NCBI RefSeq assembly: GCF_000143415.4
Contig: NW_003314312.1
Coordinates: 191,261 to 255,260, forward strand
Source: Selaginella moellendorffii
Taxonomy: Eukaryota > Plantae > Lycopodiophyta
Direction: 5' to 3'
DNA length: 64,000 nt
This document shows positions 37,865 through 49,152 of this stretch, one piece after another. Position 1 is the first letter of the stretch; each line of letters opens with the position of its first letter. Both the position numbers and the translations under genes were made by a program. The notes beneath the pieces were generated by a model. It did not search any database, was not told the DNA's origin, and saw only the letters and a program-made list of their open reading frames with translations.

Positions 37865-38788
37865 GGTTGGCTAAGGAATGAAGTTCCTGGTTCAAAATGT
37901 TGAAATTGAACTGTTTAAAGTGGTGTGGCTTGGTCGTGATGACCAAGTGGGAAGAGCACCTAAGGGAAATAAACTATGTCCGTGCAATGGCATAGTGAGT
38001 CCGAGGAAAGTAGTCTCTATAAAAGACCCATGGGAGGGTCACGAAGTTGGGCTGTGGATAGAACCCATAGCAGAAGATGCTAAAGAGACGTACTAGGGGT
38101 GAACATCCTCCGGACTTGGCAAAGAAGAGTCTTTGCTATGGAACCGAAACAATACCTCAAGGAGGGAGGTAGAGATTCGATGTTGCTTGGTGCAACAATC
38201 GACGGATAGGAGCAAAAAATGAGTGGCCAAGATAGGGCCGTGGAATCCCTGGGAAGGAATCCAAGTGACAAAGTTAGGCGAGGAACACTAATGTGTTGGA
38301 CGCTAACAAGTTGCGGGAAAGGAAGTGTGTTTCCAAGGAGGGATTCCGAAATGCTCCGATTTGGCGAAAGTGGAAGCTCCAAGGGAGGGAGCGGTAAGGT
38401 AGCCAAATGATAGGGCAATGGACAACCCTAGCACAAAGTGTGATAAATGGAACTTAGTGCCCAAGGTGGCACGAAATAGAAGAGAGGATGATGGTGCCCT
38501 CAAGTAATGAACTTCCTAGGATAGGGAAGTGGAGTTGCACAATCTGTGCAATGCAAGGTGTTGGAGACACCTAGGAAATTGACTTCCAAAAGTCAAAAGA
38601 GTAAAAGTTCCAAGGTGCAAACATTCAATAGATGGAAATTGAGACTACTCAAGGAGTAGTGGGATTGACTTAGAGAAGGGTCTCTAAGAGGTTTAGCGAG
38701 AACTGAACCAATAAAAAAAGAGCAAACCACCCCAGGTGGTCAAGTGAGTCTCTAAGCTGGAGAGACTATCCTCCTTAGAGGATGGGCA

Positions 38789-38915
38789 AGGCATGGTGAG
38801 CCTTTGGTGTCGAACCATTGACGAATGTGGAGAAGGCATGGTGAGCCTTCAATGTCAAACCATTGACGAATGTGGAGAAGGCATGGTGAGCCTTCAATGT
38901 CAAACCATTGACAAA
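38789..38915 (+). repeat. 45-bp tandem repeat (~3 copies) upstream of the PPT of element C
   Basis: Unit AGGCATGGTGAGCCTTCAATGTCAAACCATTGACGAATGTGGAGA. Confidence 0.9.
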
Positions 38916-39254
38916 TATTGGCTAGGTGCCGAGGATGGAAATGGTAACACATGCGAGTGTTACTTTACAAAATGGTTTACCGTTCGATGAGGACATCGAA
39001 CTTCGTCTATGGGTGGTGGAGTTGTGAGACACAAAATCCCTAGGCCCCAAAGTGGAGCCGGAAGGGCGCCACATGGTAGTGGCCGAAGCGAGAGCCAAAC
39101 GAGCGTAACACGTTTGGACCAAAAGCTCCGACTTGAAAAGTCAAGAGCAGGAGTGGAACTCCCAACGAAGTGCTCGAGGAACGAGCACAAAGCGAGCAAA
39201 AGGCGAGGCTCCAAAAAGGGACCCAAAAGGACCAACACATGACACGTGGGAGTG

Positions 39255-39748
39255 TCCGAGATGGAGTCCAAAGTGGAGTCCGAGATGGACCCGAGTTGAA
39301 GTCCGAAGTGGAGTCCGAGATGGACCCGAGATGGAGTCCGAGATGGAGTCCGAGATGGACCCGAGATGGAGTCCGAGATGGAGTCCGAAGTGGAGTCCGA
39401 AGTGGAGTCCGAGGTGGACCCGAGATGGATCCCGAAGTGGAGTCCGAGGTGGACCCGAGATGGACCCGAGATGGAGTCCGAGATGGAGTCCGAGATGGAG
39501 TCCGAGATGGAGTCCGAGATGGAGTTCGAGATGGACCCGAGATGGACCCGAGATGGAGTCCGAGATGGAGTCCGAGATGGAGTCCAAGATGGAGTCCGAA
39601 GTCGAGACCGAGACCGGGACCGAGACCGAGACCGAGACCGAGATCGGGACCGAGACCGAGACCGAGGCCGAGGCCGAGCCCGAGCCCGAGTCCGAGTCCG
39701 AATCCGAGTCCGAGTCCGAGTCCGAGTCCGAGTCCGAGTCCGAGTCCA
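39255..39748 (+). repeat. Minisatellite in the 3' LTR of element C, 114 bp shorter than the 5' copy
   Basis: Same units as 33255-33862 with a different order and number. Confidence 0.95.
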
Positions 39749-41798
39749 GAGCCTGAGAGGGTGAAAGCCCAAAGCGTTCGTCTCCCAGACCCTGGGGGGT
39801 TTGGTGAGCTCCAAAAGTATAGTAAGGGGGAGGACTGCAGTGGAGCCAGTTTGGCCAGGAAAGGCCAATTTGGCCCAGGAAGGCCAGACCCAGTGTTGGG
39901 TGATGAGCTGCCCACTGGGAAGTCCAAGACTAGAGTGAACACAGACCGACAAGCGGGGTAGCTTGGTGAAGTGTTCAAGAGCCGGCTCTAGTTCCCCCGG
40001 GAGATCGACTGGCCGATGCTCCCAGTCCAAGTGTGGGTGGCACTACCTACTTGGATACCTGGTGTGGCTCAACGAAACCCGCTCTAAGCCCATGGCTAGA
40101 GCACCCAAGGGCAGAAGGCGAGGAGAGTACCCAGGTGACTTGCGTAAGGCCACGGTGTTCCAAAATGTTGTCCCAAAGGCCCAGACTGTGGAAAGGAAGA
40201 GGAGCAATCCTCTGGGGTAGTGACCAAGGACACAGTCGTGTGGTGAGGAAGTCCCAGAGGACCGTGGGACTTAGAGGTCGGGCCTGTGGGTCTCGATCTA
40301 GTGGCAGTGTTGGCAAACACGGCCAGGGGCAGAAAGGGACTTAGTGGGGACTGACAGAGGGATATTGGGGAAGGCTATTCCCCTTGTTGGTGGGCATCCT
40401 AAGGATGCTAAGGAGTGGATCTGAGATGACCACTCACGGATGGGTTGCCTAGTCTTGGAGGGCCAAGACGGTGATGCAAGTGGTGTTGGACCACCAGTGT
40501 GACCAAGTTAAATGGGCATGGCCTTAGCGTAACGGGCCGGTACGTCGGTGATACCTTGGGTTGTCGATCATGGGATCGGACACGTGGAGCACTTGGACCA
40601 AGTGCTAAGGTTGAGTGGCATGGATGCCATTCTCGGGGCTAGCAAGCCCCAAGTCCTGAGTTGGACTTATGGAGGTGGTCAATGAGACTCCTCCAAGTGG
40701 TCAGAGGTGTGGTTAAGTGACTAAAGTAAAATGGAAAAATTAGTCGCTTACACATGGTCATTGACTAGTTTCTCAACTAACTCAAGTGGGAACGATAAAG
40801 GGAACCAACTGTACCGACCTTCTGCCATCATGGCAGTAAAAGAAGAGTGTCTATAAGGACTAGTTGACAAGTATCTTTTGATACCCGAAGTCACATTCAT
40901 GATATGGTATGTGGTACAACTCCTTTTGCTCATGGTGCCAATCCTCGTGTTTGGCTGGAGTTGTTTCGTGGGAATCTTGGGGATGATATGTACCATTGGT
41001 TTGATCACTTCACGGTGATTGCCACATATCATTCTTGGGATGATGCTCGATGTTTGTGCGAGTTTCCCATGTATCTCCAAGGGACAGCGTTGCAGTGGTA
41101 CAATGGTTTGAGTGCAGCCACTCATGGGGATTAGAGTGTTCTCCCGGATGTCTTCAAACACACATTTGGATATTCCAACGATTGTGATGATGCCTTCCAA
41201 CAATTGCATCGTCTTTGCCAAGGGCTATTTGAATCGGTGATGTAATTTGGCATTCGTTTCCGAAGTCTTTTGCTTCGTGTAGAGCCAAATATGTCAGAGC
41301 AGATCAAGCTAGAAATGTTGTGGCCAGCACTTCATCAAGATTTTGTTGGACTTGTACTTGCTCCTACCACCTTTGACGATGCTCTTCGCTTGGCACAACG
41401 TTATTAGATGTTGCCTCTTCCACTTCTCGCTGCCTGTCTTTCAGCTCCACTTCTTATGGGTGATGGTCTTGTTCCAATAGAAATTGATATTGCTACTGCT
41501 CGAGTTCAAGAACAAGGGTGAGGTCATGGTCGTGGCACCAATTCATCCAGTGTTTACTTTCGACGCTCGTTTTTATAATAAGAGATCTCCTATTATTCTC
41601 TCCGTATTGGTTGATATAGATTTGAGTTTATCTTTTATTACTTGACCTGTTGCCACACGTTGTCGTCTACACTTGTGTCGTGTGGCAGAATCAGTTTTCA
41701 TTCTTTATGGCAATGGCCGTACACATGTATATGCACTAGATGAAGCAGACCTGATTGTGAGTGTGGGTGATCTTGAGTTTGAGTTGCAATCATTGCAG

Positions 41799-42328
41799 TA
41801 TAAGCTCTTGAATTTGGTCTTTCTAGGAGGTCCTAGTATTATTCAAACCCAAGGATGCTAACCCTAAATATCCCGGTATATTTGAACCCTATGAATCGTC
41901 TCTTGAATCATTTTCTTTAGTTGTTTACAATCCACCATGCTTCTTTACAAGTTCATGCCCTTATGAATGGAAGCTAAGAGCTGTAGCTCTCCTAAGAGCC
42001 CCGCTCTCTTGACACCCTACCCCTCGGGTTGAGCTCAGCGGGAGCAAATTGGACCTGCCAGATGTCAATTAACATGTGGTGTGATTCCTCTAGTGAACCA
42101 ATAGAGTCGGACTTGAAACCTCTATAATACCAAATATAAGTTTTTGAATTTGAACTTCCTAAGAGGTCACTCAGCCTAGTATTATTCAAACTTAAGGACG
42201 CTTAACCCCAAATATCCCAAGACCCTTAATCAATTGAAAAAAGGGGTGCACTCTTGTTCATGGGCCCTTTCCCTCTATATTTGAACTCTATGGATCATCT
42301 CTCGAATTGTTATCTTTAGTTGCTTATA
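41799..42328 (-). mobile_element. Second, older Cassandra TRIM
   Basis: Reverse complement of 23371-23965 with a deletion in one LTR. TSD TGCAG/TGTAG. Confidence 0.85.
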
Positions 42329-43199
42329 TGTAGATGGAGTCGAGTCAAACTTTTGACCTTATCCTTAGTATGGATTGGTTGTAGTGCAATCATGCCAAAT
42401 GTGACTTTAAGGCTTATCCCCCTACCATTCCTCTCACTTTCGTACCTCTTCATCCCTCTACTTCTACTTTTGCTTCCATTACTTTTGTCCCCCCACTATT
42501 TCCTCCTATATTTCCGTCTTGTTTTGCTCTTCCTTTTTCCGATCCCTTCGACAATCTTTGTGTTGCAACGGTTGACTAGCTCATGAAGGAGTATTTTGAT
42601 CTCTTTGAATTTGACCTATCGTCTGCGGCCAAAATTGCCATTCTAACCAGGGATGCTTTTCCAATCAAGGTTCCTGTTTGTTGTCGGTCACTCAAAGAGA
42701 TCAAGATTTTACGTGCAAAGGTCAAGAAGATGTTGGAAAAGGGTGTTATTTGGAAGTCACGGAGTCCTTGGGCATGTGAACCTCATCTTGTAACAAAGCC
42801 TAATGGGAGTATTTGTTTCTGCATCGACTATTGTCCATTAAAACGAAGTGATGATCCTTGGTATATACCCTCTTCCTCACACTGCTGATCTCTTGGATTG
42901 TCTGGGGCGAAGTCGTTAGTTCACCAACGTAGATCTATATACTTTTTTTTGAGCTAGTCAATTGCTACAACACAAAAGTTGCCTAAAGTATCTAAAGAGG
43001 GAATAAAAGGTCAAGAAAGAAATATAATAGAAAGTAATAAGAAGACAAAAGTGATGGAAGTAAAAAACAAAATAGAACAAAAATGAGAGGAATAGAAGAA
43101 AAGATGATATAGTGTATATGAATTTAGATTTAAACTCCAAGCATATTGCACTATAAAACAAGGGTATAATACACACCCAAATTATCTATAACCATCAGC

Positions 43200-43878
43200 T
43201 CCCTATATTCAACTCTTACATGCAAAATAGTATTAGATGAAGTATGGTATAATATTGGCATACTGGTGGCTACACTAACTAGAGTAGTATAGAACTTTGG
43301 ATTAAACACAAGTTGAACATAAAAGAAGAAGTAACAGCCTAGTAGGAAGTAAAATAATGTATTAGATTATTGGTTATTTGTTTTACTACTATCCTTATTA
43401 TACACTTAGAATCCCCTCTGCCCCCTCTACATTAAAGCTTGCTTTGGGCTTTACCCTAGTCTTAAGAGTTAATTTTTAAGAATAAATTTGAAAATTTACT
43501 AAATATTGAATGGCATTAGATAATGAATTAGAAAGTAGGAATAACACCATACTACTTAAGACACTCTCTACATTCTATAAATATACCTCACTAGCAAATC
43601 TAGAAACTTATAATAAATAGCATATGGGTTATAATAGTGAAGGTGGCAAACACTTTAAGTTATTATATAGAGATTTTAAAGGACTAAACTCAATTTTGTG
43701 AGGGTTCCCAACATCAGCAAGTGTAAGTTGATATGCCTTAGTTTCTCAACTAGCTTAGGTGAAGATTAATAAAGAGAACCAACAGTACCAACCTCCTAAT
43801 TTTATAGTAATAAACAGAGAATATTCAAAAAGATTAAATAATAAGTATATTTTGATACCTAAAATCATATTTGCAATA
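43200..43878 (-). mobile_element. Highly decayed B-family LTR
   Basis: Colinear with 32300-33000 and 40760-40904; ends gatacctaaaatcatatttgcaata. Confidence 0.65.
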
Positions 43879-43879
43879 G

Positions 43880-45463
43880 ATGAGGAAGTATGAGACAAGG
43901 GGGAAAAGCTTTTAAAGTCACACTTGGCATGATTATACTACAACTAATTCATATCAAGGATAAAATCAAAAGCTTGACTCAACACCACCAGAATAATTGG
44001 AATGCAAGCTCAAGATCATCTATATACACAATTAGATTTCATCTATACACATGTATGTGTACAACAATTGCTATAAAAAATGAAGACTACCTTTGTTGCA
44101 TAACACAATTATAGATAGCAACATGAGGTAATAAACCAAGCAATAGAAGATAAATTTAAATCTATATCAATTAATACAAAAAGGATAATAGGGGACCTTT
44201 TATTATAAAAACAAATTTGGAAAATGAATATTAGATGAATTTATGCCAAGTAAACCCCTTGATAGTATTTTTGAAAGAAGGATAAAAGGGTCACTAACTT
44301 ATTTGCATAAGGACCCCTCGCTATTTATATGATTCATTATTTCTCAGAAGAATCTTTATGTCGTGGCTTTCTATTGCAACAACACCAATAAAATGTTATT
44401 GACACCAAAATCTCCACCTAAGAAATGAAGGACACCAATCTGGGAAATGCCAGCAATGTCGATATGTATGGTCAACCTTATCACACACATAGTAGTGAAC
44501 ATTATGACCATGTCCTCATCATTGTCCTTGAACACAAATAACAATAGTGTTAATCTCTAACAATAAAATCATCTCCCACAAAAAGTGGAGTTGAAATATA
44601 TGTAATGATAAGTGGGAAAGGTGATATCTTATAGTATTGTGCTAGTCAAAGAACATCATTAAGGGTTGTTAAGCAAGTGCATATCTAAGTCCCACAAAAT
44701 TTTAATGAAGAGTTAGTTATAATTTGATATGCTTTGACATATTTGGCTCCACATAAAGTAAAAGGTTTCAAAAGTAAACACTAAGTTGCATAACTAATTC
44801 AGTCAACACATAATGGAAATGAAGAAAGTATTATCATAATCATCACCATATCCAAATACATACTTGAAGATGTCTAGGAGAAATTTTTAATCTGCACGAA
44901 TAATTGTGCCTAAACCAAAAATTGTTCTTTGGAGATATATGGGAAACTTATGCAAATGTTGGGCATCATTCTAAAAATGATACATGGGAATCACTGTAAA
45001 GTGATTGAACCAATGGTACACATCATCTCTAGGACTTCCATGGAATAACTCCAGGTGAGCACAAGAATTAATAATAAGAGCAAAAAAAGTTATACCACAT
45101 GCCATGAATATTGTTATCAATTGTTCAATTGTAATCACATAACATTAAACAATTGTATCAATTACTACTCTAGAGTCAAAGAAGGAGGAAGCTACTGCTG
45201 TGCCATGGAGATGAATGAAAAAAAGAAAAGTAAAAGAGAAGAAATGAAAAAAGCTAAAACAATAAAACAATGTAAAAAATAGATTTAAACCAAAAGCATA
45301 AATCCAAACACTCCTCAAGTTCCCCTTTACTTCCATAAAGTGCATGAACTATAAAAATGGAATATTAACTCCAAGACTCTAATTTATATATAGGAACAAA
45401 TAGTTTAGATTAAAACCAATTTGCTGGCTACCAAAATCCTAGCTTAATATTAGTATATGGCAT
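43880..45463 (-). mobile_element. Decayed family A copy 3 (LTR, gag, protease remnants)
   Basis: Colinear with 22800-24895, for example gctaccaaaatcc...taatattagtat and the gag and protease remnants. Confidence 0.7.
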
Positions 45464-46286
45464 AAATAGAAAATAAAAAGTAATATAAAAAATAAAAGTA
45501 GTTTCTTAGTAAAAGTTGGCTTATATATATACTTTAAATATTAAATAATTTATATTCTTTTTGATTTACAAATATTTTATCTTAAAAATGGTAAAGAAAA
45601 TTAGTTTTCTTCTCCTTTATTTATTGATTTATTTGGTTTATTTATTTGAGACATTAAAAAATATCTCATTCATTAACCTGTAGCTTGAGGATGAGTTTAC
45701 AGTCACTACAGCACCTGTTACTATTGCTTTGTGACATTTGTTCTTGTCTATGTGGAGGGTAGTGTTGTCATGTTGTTTTTTCTTGACTCAGGTTCCCTTG
45801 TTCAACAGAAAGTGTAGGGTGATGTTCAGCAGTGTTGTCCTTTATTCAGGTGCACCAAGTAATTGTCACGCTTTGATACTAGGAAGATGGGATCCCACCC
45901 ACAATGTCTTTGAATCCCTGAAATACTTTCTGCCAGTACATATAGCAGGTGCATTAATTGCTTGGCTATCAGGAGTAAACAACTGTGCTCTCTCTTCTTT
46001 CCTACCAAAACATTTGTTGGTGGCCCAATCGATTGAAGAATATCCCTCATTGTTTGCATTGTGACAACTTGGTCTACCGTGTCTAAGTTATACGGATTTA
46101 CTTAGTCATAAATAAACATAAATATAATATTAATTTGTAAAAGAATATACCAGTCAACCAAACGTCATATACCCTTTTGGTTCGCTCGGGAAGAAATGGA
46201 CTAGTCTCTCATTGTAAGTGTCCAAACAAATTCTTTCTCTGGACAGACGACAACCGATCATCAGAGTAAAAAAAGGGAACAAAGAA

Positions 46287-47469
46287 ATGCCCACCAGCAG
46301 CTTTCTCAGCCGGAAGAAAGACGCGCGCTTGCCTCGCCCCTGCCCCGTGATCCTCGACTCGGGCTTCGTCACCGACGACGAGTCCGAGTGCTGCGTCGGC
46401 GGCGCCGCTAGCCACTCCCCTCCCCAGCCGCACACTTCCACCTCCTTCCAAGTCGAGGTCCGCCCCGGTTTGCTCCCTGCTCCCATCCGACCTGACGATT
46501 CCCTCGGCCCTGACGATCCCGTCATCGCCCCCTATGCCGACTTCGTCCACTTCACGCAGTGCCCCGAGGTCCCCCGGAAGCTGGCGGGTCGCGACGAGAT
46601 CCGGAGCCAGTCGTGGCCTCTCCCAGCGCCCGAGGAGATGTCGTCCAAGACGCAGCAAGTATCGCTCAAGTCGTCGTCCATCCCCGCCGTCTTCTTCGCC
46701 AAGCGCCACCGCTTCACCATCTTCAACTATGGCGATCTGCTGGAGACGTCCGGGGACTGCAACTCTTGCACCGTCGCCGTTGCCGCGGGCGACCGGGAGG
46801 ACGAGGAGATCGCCCGCTTCACCGAGCTTAGCAGCAAGGTGGACTACTGCATCCGGGTGAAGAACTCGTACCAGTTCTCCAACGAGATTGGAACCGACCC
46901 CGAGGGAGTGTTCCGCGACTGCAAGCCCCGGATCTGTGCCGTCTGCTCCGTCAAGACCAAGGCCTCGCTCCTGCCCGACTTGCGCCACAAGTACCGCTTC
47001 ACGTTCTTCCACACCATCCACGTCTACTCCCCGACTGGCGCCGAGGTGGAGAGCAAAGTCGTCCTGGACGAAAAGTCCAAGATCGAGCCCGTCTCCATCA
47101 TGAAGATCTGTCCCACGGGCCGCAAGATGGAGAAGCTCAAGCCTGAGATTGTGACGCTGCTACAGGTGACGCACTTCGTGAGGGTTGAGACGAGCGTCAA
47201 CACCGATATCTCGCCATCTATGATGCCGCGTCCACTGGCTCCCGAGTTTCGAGAGCCCAAGCTGATAATTATCGACGAGGACGTGCACGGGAAAGCACCT
47301 CCAGGACCGCCACCTGAGCCCGAGCCAGAACCAGAGCCAAAAGCCGTGGAACCGCCCAAGAGACCCAGCAGATCCGAGCCAGCAGGTAATGCCACCCCAC
47401 CAATATGCTGCCGTTTGTACTCATCGTTTCCTTGCAGGGGACCAAGAACAAGAGCAAGCTGCCGAATAG
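46287..47469 (+). CDS. Hypothetical protein (~375 aa), Pro/Glu-rich C-terminus; probable intron 47386-47437
   Basis: Long ORF with strong GC3 codon bias, first ATG at 46287. GT-AG intron leads to GDQEQEQAAE-stop. No family recognised. Confidence 0.65.
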
Positions 47470-47920
47470 TCGAAAATATTAGCTCAAACTCTTAGTATCA
47501 TAACGAGACAAACCTCTCTTGGCGGACGAACTTGTGCTCAGAGACAGCAACGCAAAGAGTCGCTGCCGAGTTTAGCTCGTGACACACACTCCACGCTCCT
47601 GCAGTCATTCAGGACCTGTAAATCGGAGCAAAAGAGTGTAAGTCCACAGCAGTACATGTAACTTTGAAGCGCGCTCACATATTTCATGCATGCTCCCGTG
47701 TCCGCCAGTTGTCGAGCCAGCTTTACTCGTCACCAACATCCCATGATGTAGAACTACAAGTCGCATAGTTCAATCATCGGATCTCTATGAGGTGACAGCT
47801 CCCAGAATGCCGCGTGCTTTGTCCTGCTTCACCTTGTCCATAGTCTCCATGGCTACGTAGAGCGGAACATATATAAATATGGTGACTTGAGAGCGCTGTG
47901 ACCTCGCTTGAGTGAGAAGA

Positions 47921-48954
47921 ATGTCAATCCGGGGGATGGTCCTGATAACTATTGCCGTCTGCATCGGTCTGGTACACGGGCAAAGTGCATCGAGTCTCGC
48001 AGGCAGCTTCCCGTCCACCACATTCGAGCAGACTTGCGCTGCATCCTGGGGGCAGCCGAATTCCCAAGGAAGTGTCATCCAGCTGAAACTTGACCAAGCA
48101 TCAGGTACTTCGAAGAAAACCTCGATCAACTTCTGAACTTTCCTGTAGGCTCTGGAATCGAGTCCATCCACACATACTTTTACGGCTTCTTTAGTGCTTT
48201 GATCAAGCTCCCTGCGAGCTACTCAGCTGGAGTGGTGACGGCTTTCTATGTACGACTTGATGAGCTACCTAGCCAATCTTTTCCTGATGTTGCACTGTCC
48301 TGTCCTGTCCTGTCCTGTCCTGTAGATATCAAACTACGATACCTTCCCACACAACCACGATGAAGTGGACTTCGAGTTCCTTGGAGTTGCCGCTGGAACA
48401 CCTTACTTGCTGCAGACTAACATCTACGGAGATGGTAGTGCCAAAGGCCGCGAGGAGCGGATAAACCTCTGGTTCGACGCAACAGCTGATTTCCATCGAT
48501 ACAGCATCCTCTGGAACAGTTATCAGCTCGTGTAAGCCAAAGTCGAGCACCTGACGTGCCTATTTCCCTCTTTCATTCTTTCTGTGGCAGATTCTTCATA
48601 GACGATATTCCTATAAGACGGATGGCAAGGAGTGGCGAGTTAGGACATCAATATCCATCAAAGCCAATGAAAGCTTACTCGTCGATTTGGGACGGTTCTA
48701 ACTGGGCAACTGACGGTGGACATTCTCCAGTAAACTATGCATATGGCCCCTTCGTCGCATCCTTCACGGACTTGAAGTTGCAAGGATGCGAGGAAGGCTC
48801 AATCTGCTCTGACCAGCAAAACGAAATTTCAAGCATTCGGGACCTCACTGAACAGCAAAAGAATGATTTAGCATGGGTCCGGGAGAATCACCTCACTTAC
48901 ACTTATTGTAATGATAGACAACGATACCCGATCCCATTCCCCGAATGTTCGTAA
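47921..48954 (+). CDS. XTH: Xyloglucan endotransglucosylase/hydrolase (GH16, group IIIB-like), 4 exons
   Basis: Signal peptide; HDEVDFEFLG catalytic motif; GREERINLWFD; YPSKPMKAYSSIWDGSNWATDGG; C-terminal YTYCNDRQRYP..PEC. TATAAAT at ~47872. Confidence 0.95.
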
Positions 48955-49152
48955 CACAAACTTACTGTCAGAGTAGCAAAATGTCAAACAAGTATCAAAG
49001 TAATGAATTTTCGTACTGGCAAAATGTCTCGCCTCCAGCAGTGCCTTCAACTATCAACAGCAGAAGCCTTCAACTTATTAGAAAAGATGCCTGGAAACAG
49101 AAAGTCAGTCCAGGATACTTAGAATATAGCTCTTTTACTTGCGTTTTTCAAT

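Larger units (their letters stand above)
33023..40752 (+). mobile_element. Young non-autonomous LTR retrotransposon (LARD-like), element C, 7.73 kb
   Basis: LTRs at 33023-34866 (1844 bp) and 39023-40752 (1730 bp), TG...CA, TSD CATGG. PBS TGGTATCGGAGCC at 34870-34882; PPT GGGTGGTGGAG at 39011-39021. The 4.16-kb interior has no gag/pol ORF. Confidence 0.93.
32224..40904 (-). mobile_element. B-family solo LTR (32224-33022 plus 40753-40904), split by element C
   Basis: Reverse complement of 21048-21965; the two halves join across the CATGG duplication. No TSD recognisable at its own ends. Confidence 0.85.
31718..42935 (+). mobile_element. Decayed Ty3/gypsy element, family A copy 2, hosting nested B LTR, element C and a Cassandra
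   Basis: Short LTR ~31718-31880 followed by TGGTGGAG PBS-like sequence. gag remnant resumes at 40905 (LELFRGNLGDDMYHWFDHF...LQGTALQWY). RT start KMLEKGVIWKSRSPWA...FCIDY at ~42720-42830. Truncated. Confidence 0.75.

Noticed and set aside
46209-47021. 270-aa minus-strand ORF
   Set aside because: Antisense shadow of the GC3-rich + strand ORF.
48295-48322. (CTGTC)n run
   Set aside because: Ordinary intronic microsatellite in XTH.
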